Source: Bacteroidota bacterium
GTDB taxonomy: Bacteria > Bacteroidota > Bacteroidia > Bacteroidales > FEN-979
Assembly: GCA_026391715.1 (NCBI GenBank)
Contig: JAPLDO010000045.1
Span: 73,758 to 137,757 of the forward strand
DNA: 64,000 nt
Reading direction: 5' to 3'
The position numbers and the translations under genes were made by a program. The notes beneath the pieces were generated by a model, which did no database searches, had not been told where the DNA came from, and was given only the letters and a program-made list of their open reading frames with translations. Positions within the stretch are counted from its first letter, which is position 1, and each line of letters starts with the position of its first letter. Below are positions 1 through 10,500 of the stretch, in pieces.

Positions 1-725
1 TCAAACATACAAATCCTTGTGGCGTTGCCAGCCGTTCAACTCTCCTCCGGGCATATCTTGACGCTCTTGCCTGCGATCCTGTTTCGGCATTCGGAGGTAT
101 CATTATTGCCAACGGCGTCATAAAAAAAGATATCGCCGAAGAAATCAACAACCTCTTTTTCGAAATTTTAATTGCCGATAACTTTGAAATAGATGCGCTT
201 GAAATCCTGAAGTCAAAGAAAAATAGAATAATTTTGCAAAAAAATTCATTTACGTTCTCAAAAAGGCAGTTTAAATCGCTTCTGAATGGCGTTATTGATC
301 AGAATAAAGATATGAAAACCGAACATATTTCTGAATTTCAGTACGTTACAGAAATAAAACCATCGGCTGAAGAAAGTGAGGCTTTGATTTTTGCAAACAA
401 AATCGTCAAACATCTTAAATCAAATACTATTGTTCTTATCAAAGAACGCCAACTAATTGGTTGTGGGATGGGGCAGACATCGCGTGTAGATGCGCTCAGG
501 CAGGCAATCATAAAAGCGCAGGCATTCGGGTTTTCAACAATAGGATCGGTTATGGCTTCCGACGCTTTTTTCCCTTTTGCCGACTGTGTTGAAATTGCGA
601 ATGAAGCCGGAGTTACCGCAGTTATTCAACCTGGCGGCTCTATCAGGGATGTTGATTCGATACGATACTGCAACGAACACAATATGTCAATGGTTTTTAC
701 TGGGATACGGCATTTTAAACATTAA
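1..725 (+). CDS. purH: Bifunctional AICAR transformylase/IMP cyclohydrolase PurH, C-terminal part (5' end outside window)
   Basis: Frame 3 is open from nt 3. The translation KHTNPCGVAS...DPVSAFGGIIIANG...SDAFFPFADCVE...IQPGGSIRD...FTGIRHFKH matches conserved PurH AICARFT-domain motifs. Stop TAA at 723-725. Confidence 0.9.
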   Translation, partial: KHTNPCGVASRSTLLRAYLDALACDPVSAFGGIIIANGVIKKDIAEEINNLFFEILIADNFEIDALEILKSKKNRIILQKNSFTFSKRQFKSLLNGVIDQNKDMKTEHISEFQYVTEIKPSAEESEALIFANKIVKHLKSNTIVLIKERQLIGCGMGQTSRVDALRQAIIKAQAFGFSTIGSVMASDAFFPFADCVEIANEAGVTAVIQPGGSIRDVDSIRYCNEHNMSMVFTGIRHFKH

Positions 726-736
726 AGTTAAATTTC

Positions 737-1750
737 ATGGGATTATTTACGAAAGAGATCGCTATTGACCTGGGTACAGCCAATACCGTAATAATATATA
801 ACGACAAAGTGGTGGTTGACGAACCTTCAATTGTCGCCATTGAAAGAAGTACCGGTAGAATTATTGCCGTTGGGAAAAAGGCTCAGATGATGCATGGCAA
901 GACCCATGAGAACATCAGAACTGTGAGACCTTTGCGTGGTGGGGTTATTGCCGATTTTCAGGCGGCTGAACACATGATCAGGGCAATGATAAAGATGATA
1001 GACCTCAGAAAATCCTGGTTTCCTCCAGCCTTGAAAATGGTCATCTGTATTCCGTCGGGAATTACTGAAGTTGAAGAACGCGCTGTTAAAGATTCAGCCG
1101 AACAAGCTGGAGCCAAAGAGGTGAGGCTGATTCATGAACCAATGGCGGCGGCAATCGGCATCGGGATTGACGTGCTGGAACCTATCGGTAACATGGTAAT
1201 TGATATCGGCGGAGGCACAAGCGAAATTGCCGTTATCGCCCTCGGCGGAATTGTAAACAGCAAATCCATCCGTATTGCAGGCGATGAGTTCAACGCGGAT
1301 ATCGAAGAGTATATGCGTAAGCAGCATAATATCAATATTGGTGAACGTACTGCTGAAAGAATTAAAATTGAAGTTGGAGCTGCAATTTCCGATATCGAAA
1401 ATCCTCCACCCGATTATGCAGTCCATGGGCGAGACCTGCTTACTGGTATCCCCAAAGAAGTTATTGTTAATCATGCCGAAATAGCCCATTGTCTAGATAA
1501 ATCGGTTGCCAAAATTGAGACTGCTGTATTAAACGCTCTTGAAATGACGCCGCCGGAACTTGCTTCCGACATCTTCGATACCGGGATTTATCTTACCGGT
1601 GGCGGCGCACTTTTGCGGGGACTCGACAAACGTATTCATCTGAAAACCAAATTGCAGGTTCATGTAGCAGAAGATCCGCTTCGCGCCGTTGCCCGCGGAA
1701 CAGGTATAGCGCTTAAAAACTTTGATAAGTTTACCTTCCTCATCAAGTAG
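737..1750 (+). CDS. mreB: Rod shape-determining actin-like protein MreB
   Basis: 337 aa. Motifs IDLGTANT, VICIPSGITEVEERAV, DIGGGTSEIAV and YLTGGGALLRGLD are typical of MreB. Followed by mreC and mreD. Confidence 0.97.
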   Translation: MGLFTKEIAIDLGTANTVIIYNDKVVVDEPSIVAIERSTGRIIAVGKKAQMMHGKTHENIRTVRPLRGGVIADFQAAEHMIRAMIKMIDLRKSWFPPALKMVICIPSGITEVEERAVKDSAEQAGAKEVRLIHEPMAAAIGIGIDVLEPIGNMVIDIGGGTSEIAVIALGGIVNSKSIRIAGDEFNADIEEYMRKQHNINIGERTAERIKIEVGAAISDIENPPPDYAVHGRDLLTGIPKEVIVNHAEIAHCLDKSVAKIETAVLNALEMTPPELASDIFDTGIYLTGGGALLRGLDKRIHLKTKLQVHVAEDPLRAVARGTGIALKNFDKFTFLIK

Positions 1751-1758
1751 GAGGAGTC

Positions 1759-2589
1759 ATGCGGAATCTTTTTGTATTTCTCAGAGAACGCTATTTCTAT
1801 CTACTTTTCCTGATTCTTGAGACAATTTCATTGGTTCTGCTTGTCAATAACAACGATTTCCAGAAAAGTTCCCTTTTCGTAGTTTCAAATAACTTATCCG
1901 GGAGTGTCAACAGTATTTTCAGTAATATTTCGGAATATTTTTCTCTCCGGAAAACCAACAGTGTTCTGATTGAAGAGCTGGCGCGACTGCATTCGCGAAT
2001 TCCTGAAGCGTTTTATGTTACCGATAAAAATGTTTTTTACAAGAAGGATTCTATCGTCCACCTTGAATATAAGTACATCAGCGCCAAAGTTATCAGCAAT
2101 TCAACCAACAAAAGAAATAATTTTCTGATGATTAACAAAGGCTCGCTTCATGGTATTGTAAACCACATGGGCGTGATTATCGGGAACAAAGTAGTTGGTC
2201 AGGTGGTTGGCGTTTCGCCCCATTTTAGCTGGATAATGTCCTTGCTTAACAAGGACAGCCGGGTTTCGGGGAAGTTTAAAAAAAATGAGCAACTGGTCAA
2301 TGTCGAATGGAATGGCGTAAATTACCGAATCGGACAGTTAAAGGAAATACCCAAGCATATACAAATGGTTAAAGGAGATACAATTATCAGCAGTGGAAAT
2401 TCAGATATTTTTCCTCCAGGACTTATGATTGGCGCCATCGCCGATTTTACGATTACACCTGATGAAAATTTCAATCGCGGACAAATCTTTTTTTCTACCG
2501 ATTTCAACAGTCTCGGCTACATCGAAGTAGTTGTAGATTTAATGCGTCAGGAAAAGGAAACATTGAAATCATCTTTTAAAACCCAATAA
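1759..2589 (+). CDS. mreC: Rod shape-determining protein MreC
   Basis: 276 aa with an N-terminal TM segment and coiled region. Contains GDTIISSGNSDIFPPGLMIGAI, an MreC-like beta-barrel motif. Lies between mreB and mreD. Confidence 0.85.
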   Translation: MRNLFVFLRERYFYLLFLILETISLVLLVNNNDFQKSSLFVVSNNLSGSVNSIFSNISEYFSLRKTNSVLIEELARLHSRIPEAFYVTDKNVFYKKDSIVHLEYKYISAKVISNSTNKRNNFLMINKGSLHGIVNHMGVIIGNKVVGQVVGVSPHFSWIMSLLNKDSRVSGKFKKNEQLVNVEWNGVNYRIGQLKEIPKHIQMVKGDTIISSGNSDIFPPGLMIGAIADFTITPDENFNRGQIFFSTDFNSLGYIEVVVDLMRQEKETLKSSFKTQ

Positions 2590-2610
2590 TCAGGAGAAAA
2601 ACATATACCC

Positions 2611-3126
2611 GTGACGTCAAGAACAGTCTTTTATAATATCATCCGGTTTTTCTTCCTGATTTCTTTCCAGGTACTGATTTTGAATCATATTTATCTCGGC
2701 GGTTTTATCAACCCTTACTTCTACATCTATTTCATTTTGTTATTGCCATTTGATACGCCTAAGTGGATGTTGCTTATTTCTGCTTTCGTCATTGGAATAT
2801 GCATAGATATTTTCACCAATACAATCGGTTTAAATGCAGCCGCAAGCCTGTTGATGGCATTTTGCAGACCATTCGCAATTATAGTTATCTCCTCCGGTCC
2901 AGAATCGCTTATCGGCGATACGCCTTCACTTAGGAACCAGGGAATAAAGTGGTTCCTTTATTATGCAACTTCACTGGTACTGATTCATCATTTTGCCCTT
3001 TTTTACCTTGAAATATTCAGGCTCAATGAGTTTTTTCTGACCTTTACCCGCTTGATTCTCAGTTCCATTTTTACCATGACGCTCGTCATGATAAGCGAAT
3101 ATCTTCTATATATCCAGGGAAAATAA
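2611..3126 (+). CDS. mreD: Rod shape-determining protein MreD (polytopic membrane protein, GTG start)
   Basis: 171 aa, about 5 hydrophobic segments, immediately downstream of mreBC. Confidence 0.7.
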   Translation: MTSRTVFYNIIRFFFLISFQVLILNHIYLGGFINPYFYIYFILLLPFDTPKWMLLISAFVIGICIDIFTNTIGLNAAASLLMAFCRPFAIIVISSGPESLIGDTPSLRNQGIKWFLYYATSLVLIHHFALFYLEIFRLNEFFLTFTRLILSSIFTMTLVMISEYLLYIQGK

Positions 3127-3130
3127 AAAA

Positions 3131-3153
3131 ACCCGTTCCGAAATGAAACGGGT
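3131..3153 (+). terminator. Hairpin downstream of mreD
   Basis: acccgtt-ccgaaatga-aacgggt: a 7-bp stem starting 5 nt after the mreD stop, preceded by an A-run. Confidence 0.5.
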
Positions 3154-3158
3154 GAGAG

Positions 3159-3229
3159 AGGTTTCGAGCGGAGTCGAACCGCTGTGGACGGTTTTGCAGA
3201 CCGCTGCCTAGCCACTCGGCCACGAAACC
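3159..3229 (-). tRNA. tRNA-Cys (anticodon GCA)
   Basis: The reverse complement folds as a cloverleaf: GGTTTCG / 3-bp D stem GCC-GGC / anticodon stem GCGGT-ACCGT with loop CTGCAAA / T arm AGCGG-TTCGACT-CCGCT / CGAAACC plus discriminator U73 (a Cys identity element). Confidence 0.9.
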
Positions 3230-3275
3230 CTGATTTGTGGCGCAAAAGTACAAAAAAAATTAATATTTGCCAATT

Positions 3276-3632
3276 TCATTTATTCCATTGTAGCAGATAA
3301 CTCACCTGGCGCATCTTTCCACCCATAGGCGGATTTATCTTTGAAATCTTCAGTTCAATCGCATTAATTGTTGGAAACAAACAACGCGATTGATCCATAA
3401 TTCGTTTTGCCAGATGTTCCAGCAAATGCGATTTCTGTTCCATCTCTTTTTTAACACATTGATATAATGCAACATAATCAACCGTGTCGCGTAAGTTGTC
3501 CGATATTTCGGGTTTTGTTGTGTCTGTTTCAACATGAAGATCCACAATGAATTTTGTTCCGATGATCTGTTCTTCCCTGAAACACCCGTGAAATGCAAAA
3601 AACTCCATTCCTTCAAGCGCTATTTTTCCCAT
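3276..3632 (-). CDS. folB: Dihydroneopterin aldolase FolB
   Basis: MGKIALEGMEFFAFHGCFREEQIIGTKFIVDLHVETD...DYVALYQ... is typical FolB. I chose the ATG at 3632 (119 aa) over the 153-aa ORF start, because the extension has no FolB-like sequence and would overlap the glnS promoter. Confidence 0.85.
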   Translation of the reverse strand: MGKIALEGMEFFAFHGCFREEQIIGTKFIVDLHVETDTTKPEISDNLRDTVDYVALYQCVKKEMEQKSHLLEHLAKRIMDQSRCLFPTINAIELKISKINPPMGGKMRQVSYLLQWNK

Positions 3633-3701
3633 AATTCCGATTTTTAAATCGCCTAAATTATGAATTTGCCATGAACTGCCCATATTTTTTTTAAATTGTA
3701 T

Positions 3702-3709
3702 TAAGTTTG
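3702..3709 (+). promoter_or_regulatory. Bacteroidota -7 promoter box TAnnTTTG (TAAGTTTG) for glnS
   Basis: Exact match to the TAnnTTTG consensus, 58 nt upstream of ATG 3767. It overlaps the alternative ATG at 3707, which argues against that start. Confidence 0.5.
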
Positions 3710-3766
3710 CAAAATATCTGGCAGAAATATTTTTCAAACATCTGCGAGAACCACAACATTAATTTT

Positions 3767-5470
3767 ATGGCTGAAAACAAACTCCCGGAGGAGGAAAAAA
3801 ACACCAGATCACTCAATTTCATTGAAGAGATAATCGAAGAAGATAATCGTATCGGCGTGTATAATGGACGAGTGCATACCCGTTTTCCACCCGAACCCAA
3901 TGGCTATTTGCATATCGGCCACGCGAAATCAATCTGTCTGAATTTTGGCCTGGGAAAGAAGTATAACGGCAAAACCAACCTTCGATTCGATGATACAAAC
4001 CCTGTAAAAGAGGATACGGAATATGTTGATTCCATATTGGAAGATGTAAAATGGCTTGGCTTTGACTGGGAAGACCGCCTTTTTTATGCTTCCGATTATT
4101 TTGGTCAACTTTATGATTATGCTGTAATTCTTATCAGAAAAGGTAAAGCCTACGTTTGTGACATGACTGCCGGGGAAATCGGTGAAACCCGCGGCTCTCC
4201 AACACGTCCTGGCAGTGAAAGTTTATTCAGAAGCCGATCTGTTGAAGAAAACATTGATCTTTTTACCCGTATGCGTTTGGGAGAATTTCCTGACGGTGCA
4301 AAGGTGCTCCGTGCAAAAATAGATATGGCTTCGCCCAACATGCACATGCGCGACCCGGTTCTGTATCGAATCCTGCATACTAGCCATCATCGTACCGGCG
4401 ATCAGTGGTGTATTTATCCTATGTATGATTTCGCCCACGGACAGTCTGATTCCATCGAACGGATTACACACTCAATTTGTACCCTTGAATTTGAAGTCCA
4501 CCGCCCTCTTTATGATTGGTTTATCCGGGAGATCGGCATTTATTCTCCGAGACAAATTGAATTTGCCAGACTCAACGTAACGTACACGATAATGAGCAAG
4601 CGTAAACTACTCGAATTGGTGCGCGATGGCAACGTGAGCGGCTGGGACGACCCGCGAATGCCAACCATTTGCGGTTTGCGCCGGCGTGGGTTTACCCCGG
4701 CTTCGATACGCAACTTTGCAGATATCATCGGGGTTGCCAAACGAGACAATGTAATTGACGTAAGTTTGCTCGAATTCTGCATTCGCGAAGATCTCAACAA
4801 AAGCGCCAACCGGCTTATGGCAGTTCTAAATCCCGTCAGGATAGTTATTGATAACTATCCTGATGACCTTGTTGAAGATATGGAATCAGTAAACAATCCC
4901 GAGGATGAGTCGAAAGGGAAACGGAAATTGCCATTCTCAAAATCTCTTTTCATTGAGAGGGAGGATTTCATGGAGGAGCCTCCAAACAAATTTTTCCGCC
5001 TCGCTCCAGGCCGTGAAGTACGATTGAAGGCTGCATATATTATCAGGTGTGAAAGCGTTGCAAAAGATCCTGAAACAGGAGAAATCATCGAGATTCATTG
5101 TACTTATGATCCACAAACCAGAAGCGGAATGCCCGAAAGCAACCGGAAAGTGAAAGGAACCCTTCACTGGGTATCTGAAAAACATGCTGTTAAAGCAGAA
5201 ATAAGGCTATACGACAGACTCTTTACAATAGAAAACCCCGATGACCCGGAAAATGGAAAAACCTATAAAGATTATCTGAACCCCGATTCGCTCAGGATCA
5301 GCTCAGCAATGATTGAGCCGACGGTTAAAAATGCAGTGATTTTAGATAAGTACCAATTTGAACGAACGGGTTATTTTTCGGTGGATAAAGATTCAACCCC
5401 GGAAAATCTTGTTTTTAACCGTGTCGTCCCGTTGAAAGATTCATGGTCAAAAGTTGAAAAAGTTAAATAA
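3767..5470 (+). CDS. glnS: Glutaminyl-tRNA synthetase
   Basis: Class I motifs [14 protein letters not shown] (HIGH) and IMSKRKL (KMSKS-like). [10 protein letters not shown] at the N-terminus is typical of GlnRS. Start set at MAENK (3767). Confidence 0.95.
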   Translation: MAENKLPEEEKNTRSLNFIEEIIEEDNRIGVYNGRVHTRFPPEPNGYLHIGHAKSICLNFGLGKKYNGKTNLRFDDTNPVKEDTEYVDSILEDVKWLGFDWEDRLFYASDYFGQLYDYAVILIRKGKAYVCDMTAGEIGETRGSPTRPGSESLFRSRSVEENIDLFTRMRLGEFPDGAKVLRAKIDMASPNMHMRDPVLYRILHTSHHRTGDQWCIYPMYDFAHGQSDSIERITHSICTLEFEVHRPLYDWFIREIGIYSPRQIEFARLNVTYTIMSKRKLLELVRDGNVSGWDDPRMPTICGLRRRGFTPASIRNFADIIGVAKRDNVIDVSLLEFCIREDLNKSANRLMAVLNPVRIVIDNYPDDLVEDMESVNNPEDESKGKRKLPFSKSLFIEREDFMEEPPNKFFRLAPGREVRLKAAYIIRCESVAKDPETGEIIEIHCTYDPQTRSGMPESNRKVKGTLHWVSEKHAVKAEIRLYDRLFTIENPDDPENGKTYKDYLNPDSLRISSAMIEPTVKNAVILDKYQFERTGYFSVDKDSTPENLVFNRVVPLKDSWSKVEKVK

Positions 5471-5497
5471 AACTTGACCGTTTTTTAAAAATTGTAT

Positions 5498-5505
5498 TAA
5501 TTTTG
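5498..5505 (+). promoter_or_regulatory. -7 promoter box TAATTTTG for tRNA-Gln
   Basis: Exact TAnnTTTG match, 10 nt upstream of the mature tRNA 5' end. Confidence 0.55.
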
Positions 5506-5514
5506 CACTTTGAT

Positions 5515-5587
5515 TGTCCGATGGTGTAACTGGCAACACAAATGATTCTGGATCATTAGAGTCTAGGTTCGACCCCTAGTCGGACAA
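5515..5587 (+). tRNA. tRNA-Gln (anticodon CUG)
   Basis: Cloverleaf: TGTCCGA / D arm GTGT-AACTGGCA-ACAC / anticodon stem AATGA-TCATT with loop TTCTGGA / T arm CTAGG-TTCGACC-CCTAG / TCGGACA plus A73. The U1:A72 pair is as in bacterial tRNA-Gln. Confidence 0.9.
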
Positions 5588-5604
5588 CAGTCAAATATCA
5601 AAAG

Positions 5605-5637
5605 AAGCTATGAACTAATCGTTTATAGCTTTTTTTA
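5605..5637 (+). terminator. Intrinsic terminator after tRNA-Gln
   Basis: aagctatgaac-taatc-gtttatagctt hairpin (one mismatch) followed by a TTTTTT run. Confidence 0.7.
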
Positions 5638-5875
5638 TTCTCTATAACCCTCTATTTCACCCACTTTGTTTTTTTGGGGGGCGTTTTTTCCATTGTACGA
5701 ATTTCCATACAATCCTGATATATTTCCCTTCTAATCAGCCCCATCAGCTAACTGAAAATAATGTAAATAGTCGTATTTATATGACCCAAATTCAAAATTC
5801 CTCACCCCTAAAATTTGATAAAATATTTTAACCCCTTTGCAATTTAGAAAAGACTATCAGTATGCAAATTCATTG

Positions 5876-7417
5876 CTATGTGTCCAATTTCTTCAACTTC
5901 TCCAGCCCTATCCGAATCCTTTCCATAAACTCAGCTTTCCCAAGCATATCGGCAATATCCATCATCCCCGGTCCCTGGTTGGAACCTACAATTAGCAATC
6001 TGACTGGATTCATCAGTTGTCCTGTTTTCATTCCCGATTGAGTTGTAAATTCCTGAACGAGCGTATGCAGGGTATCTTTGGTGAAAATGGTTATTTTTTC
6101 AACTTCAACCAAAAATGCCTGTATCGCAGCAGTCGTATTTGCCTGCCATATTTTTTTGTAAACCTGCTTGTCAAATTCTGTTGGCCTTTGAAAGAAAAAC
6201 CAGGAATTATTCCAAAGATCGGGAACGAGAAAAACCCTGTCCTTTATAAGTGCAATCACTTTTTCAAGGTAATCTGAATTGGGAGAAACCTGGTGAATGG
6301 CCATTGCGGGATTCATCAAAACGGCAAGTTCAGTTTCTGAGCATTTCTGCATATACTGATGGTTGAACCATTTTGCCTTCTCCGGATCAAATTTTGAACC
6401 GTGTTTACCTACCCGGTCGAGCGAAAAATTTTGAATCAGTTCCTCCATCGAAAAAAGTTCCTGTTCATTACCCGGATTCCATCCAAGATGAGCAAGAATG
6501 TTAATAACAGCTTCCGGTAGATAACCAGCTTCGCGGTAACCGGCATAAATCTCACCTGATTTCGAATCCTTCCATTCGATAGGAAAAACAGGAAATCCAA
6601 GCCTGTCGCCATCGCGTTTACTGAGTTTCCCGTTTCCATCAGGTTTCAAAATCAAAGGTAGATGCGCAAACCGGGGCATAAAAGATTCCAATCCCAGAAA
6701 ACGGTATAGTAATACATGCAATGGGGCTGAAGGAAGCCACTCTTCACCGCGGATTACATGAGTTATTTTCATCAGGTAATCATCAACAACATTGGCAAGA
6801 TGATAGGTAGGCAGACCGTCGGACTTAAACAATACCTTGTCATCAAGATTGGCTGTTTGCACTACCACTTCTCCGCGGATCACATCCTGCACCCTCACTG
6901 TTTCATCTTCGGGTATCCTGATACGAATTACATAAGGAGCGCCGTCTGAAAGCAGATTTTGTATTTCATCAGATGGTAGGACAAGAGCATTTTTTAACAA
7001 TTTTCGCGTTTGATGATCGTACTGAAAAACCTTTCTGTCAACTGTTTTATACTTTTCGCGAACAGCGTCAAGTTCTGCCTCAGTATCAAAGGCATAATAG
7101 GCATGACCGTTTGCTATCAGCCGTTGAACATATTCATGATAAATTGCCGAGCGTTCCGATTGACGGTATGGAGCATACGGGCCTCCTTTATCAGGACTCT
7201 CATCAAATATAAGCCCGCACCATTCAAGTGATTTGACGATGTATTCCTCAGCGCCATTAATATATCGGTTTTGATCAGTATCTTCGATACGTAAAATCAT
7301 TGTTCCACCAAATTGTTTGGCAATCAAATAATTGTATAATGCAGTCCGCACTCCTCCAATGTGAAGGGGACCGGTGGGACTGGGCGCAAACCTAACGCGA
7401 ATCTGTTGTTTAGTCAT
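5876..7417 (-). CDS. gltX: Glutamyl-tRNA synthetase
   Basis: 513 aa. RFAPSPTGPLHIGGVRTALYNY (HIGH region) and KLSKRDG (KMSKS) are characteristic of GluRS. Confidence 0.95.
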   Translation of the reverse strand: MTKQQIRVRFAPSPTGPLHIGGVRTALYNYLIAKQFGGTMILRIEDTDQNRYINGAEEYIVKSLEWCGLIFDESPDKGGPYAPYRQSERSAIYHEYVQRLIANGHAYYAFDTEAELDAVREKYKTVDRKVFQYDHQTRKLLKNALVLPSDEIQNLLSDGAPYVIRIRIPEDETVRVQDVIRGEVVVQTANLDDKVLFKSDGLPTYHLANVVDDYLMKITHVIRGEEWLPSAPLHVLLYRFLGLESFMPRFAHLPLILKPDGNGKLSKRDGDRLGFPVFPIEWKDSKSGEIYAGYREAGYLPEAVINILAHLGWNPGNEQELFSMEELIQNFSLDRVGKHGSKFDPEKAKWFNHQYMQKCSETELAVLMNPAMAIHQVSPNSDYLEKVIALIKDRVFLVPDLWNNSWFFFQRPTEFDKQVYKKIWQANTTAAIQAFLVEVEKITIFTKDTLHTLVQEFTTQSGMKTGQLMNPVRLLIVGSNQGPGMMDIADMLGKAEFMERIRIGLEKLKKLDT

Positions 7418-7439
7418 CTCATGTTTATTTTCTTAATGC

Positions 7440-7447
7440 AAAATTAA
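7440..7447 (-). promoter_or_regulatory. -7 promoter box TAATTTTG for gltX
   Basis: The reverse complement of caaaatta is TAATTTTG, about 23 nt upstream of the gltX ATG. Confidence 0.45.
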
Positions 7448-7488
7448 GCTATTCCGGTTGTTTGAGTGGCATGTGCCTGCTATTTCGT

Positions 7489-7496
7489 AATTTTGT
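7489..7496 (+). promoter_or_regulatory. -7 promoter box TAATTTTG for the 7575 gene
   Basis: Exact TAnnTTTG match, 79 nt upstream of ATG 7575. Confidence 0.4.
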
Positions 7497-7574
7497 ACCT
7501 GATACTATAAATAAATTCAATCCGTTTTCTACTTTCCACAAATTATTGTTTAATTTGAAAAAGCCGACTTTAAA

Positions 7575-10500
7575 ATGAAGAATAACAGTCAGGAACTCAT
7601 CGAAAAACTTGATTTGTTCATTAGAAAATATTACAAAAACCGACTGATCAGAGGTTTTTTATGGTCTGTGACGCTAACTGCTGTATTCTTTCTGGTGATC
7701 ATCATGCTTGAAAATTTTTTTTATTTTGAAACGATTGTCCGCAAAGTATTGTTTTTTACATATTCTTCACTCCTGGTGTTTGTTTTGACCCGGTTAATTT
7801 TTATTCCATGCTTTCAGTTACTAAAAATTGGAAAACTTATTACTTATCAGCAGGCTGCTGAGATTGTCGGCGGTCATTTCAACGGTATTCAGGATAAATT
7901 ATTGAATACCCTGCAACTTATCGGGCAAAAAAAAGATTCGGTTGAAAATTCAGACCTTGTCTTCGCAAGTATTGAACAAAAAACCAAGTCATTGAAACTT
8001 TTTAAGTTTAACCTTGCGATAGATTTCAGGAAAAATTTTAAATATCTCAGATTTGCAGGCGTCCCGATAATAATTATATTGCTTCTTATATTATTGACTC
8101 CTCGTACCATTTCGGAGCCTACAAGTCGAATTATACGTTTCAACGAAACATTCATAAAACCACTCCCCTATACTTTTGAAATCCTAAATAAAAAACTGGA
8201 CGTTTTACAACAGGATGATTTTGAATTACTCGTGAAAATCATTGGTGACGAAATTCCATCTGAAGTTTTTATTAAAACCGGTGATGTTATATATAAAATG
8301 TTGAGAGCAAAAGATTGCAATTATTCATATAAATTCAAATCTTTGCAATCAAACATAAATTTCAAAATTGTTACTGATGATTTGCAATCAGCAACTTATA
8401 CAATTAATGTTCTTCCTAAACCAATAATTCTAAATTTTGATATTGTAATTAATTATCCGGAATATACCGCCAAAAAAGATGAAATCTTTGAAAACCAAGG
8501 CGATGTTGTTGTTCCAGAAGGAACAAGGATTACATGGAATTTCTTTACAAAAGATGTAGAAGAGATTTTAATGCGATTTTCTCCGGAAATTATTCTAAAT
8601 AAAACAAAGTCGGTAAATAAATTCACTTTTTCGGGTTCGCCACTTATCAACTGCATATATACGATTAAACCTGTTAACTCCAGTGTTTCTTTTTCTGATT
8701 CACTACTTTATAGATTGATGGTAATTAATGACGGGTATCCCTCAATTTTCATTATTGAATCTACAGATTCAGTACTCTTCACAAAATTATTCTTCAAAGG
8801 CACAATTAAGGATGATTACGGGTTTACAAAGCTTACGTTTAATTATAAAATTTATAATAAAAACGATACCACTCGTAATTATACACTAACCGAAATTCCT
8901 ATAGAAAAAAAACTAAATAATCAGATTTTCTATTATTCAATTGATCTCGTTACATTGTTACCAGATCCAGGTAAGAAAATAATCTACTATTTCGAAATAC
9001 AGGATAATGACCAAATACATGGACCAAAAGCCACACGGACCGAAATACATATAATTACAACGCCTACCTTGGAAGAAATTTCAGCAAAGACCGAACTAAA
9101 TGCGGAATATATCAATGATGAACTTGAAAAAAGTATCTCTGGTTCAAAATCCATAAAAAAAACATTGGACGAGCTAAATAAACAATTGATTGACCAAAAT
9201 AGTATTTCGTGGCAGGATAAGAAAAAAATGGATGACTTGATAAAAAGCAGTGAAGTTATTCAAAAACGAATTGAGGACATTAAGAAAAAGGCTTCCGAGA
9301 ACATTGGCAGCGAAGAGAAATACCTCGAGACCAGTGAACGAATCATTGAAAAACAAAAAATGCTGAATGAAATGATGGATCAGATTTTTCCTGAAGAATT
9401 AAAAAAAATGATCGAGGAGTTAAAAGTTCTAATGAATCAAGTAAATAAAGAGAAACTTGGAAATCTTTTGGAAAAAATGAAACTGAACACTAAAGAACTT
9501 GAAAATCAACTTGACAGAAATCTCGCTTTGATGAAACAAGTTGAGTTTGACCGAAAGCTTGAAGAAACAATTAAAGAACTTAAAAAAACAGCTTCAGAAC
9601 TGGAAAAACTTGCTGAAAAAACTGAAACACCGCTGAATGACTTTGATAAATTACTTGAAAAACAGAGGGAGATTAATGATAAGTCCGATTCTCTATCGGC
9701 TAAAATAGAACAACTTCAAAAAGACGCAAAAAATCTTGAAGAACCTGTCCAGCTTGGAAATACAGAAAAACTACAGGATAGCATCCGCCTAAATCTTTCT
9801 AAAAGTAAAAACAGTCTTGAAGGAAAAGACAAGAAAAAAGCCTCCAGTTCACAAAAGAAAGCCTCTGGATATATGAAAGAACTAGCGCAGCAAATTGAAT
9901 CGGCTAATGAAGAATCGGAAGAAGATCAACTTGAAGAGGATGCTCAGAATGTTCGTATGATTCTACAAAATCTTGTACGGTTGTCTTTTAACCAGGAAGA
10001 ACTTATCAGCCAAACAAAACCAATTTCCAGGACGGATCCACGATATCTTGAAATTGTTGTCAGACAAAAAGAGTTCGGAGATAAAATGAAAATCGTTGAA
10101 GACTCCTTAAATGCAATAGCCAAACGTCAGTTAATGATTAAGCCGATTATTACAAAAGAAATAATGTCAATAAACCAAAATATTGACCTGGCGCTTGAAT
10201 CCTTTGAAGCAAGAAACATTGGCGCGGTGGTAACACGACAACAATTTGCCATGACTTCTATAAACAATCTTGCATTATTGCTAAATGAATCATTGCAGAA
10301 CATGAATGAGAAGTTATCTAGCAGTATGAAATCGAAAAGTGGCAATAAATCATGTTCAAATCCTTCATCAGGAAAAACCGGAAAAAAATCAGCAAAGGAG
10401 ATGAAAGATATTCAGGGAAAAATTGGTGAACAATTAAAAAAATTAAAAGAAGGACTTGAAGGATCCAAAAAACCAGGAAATTCCAATAAATCAGAGCAGC

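Noticed and set aside
3003-3245. 80-aa minus-strand ORF
   Set aside because: It overlaps tRNA-Cys and the 3' end of mreD. The Arg-rich translation is typical of reading through a tRNA.
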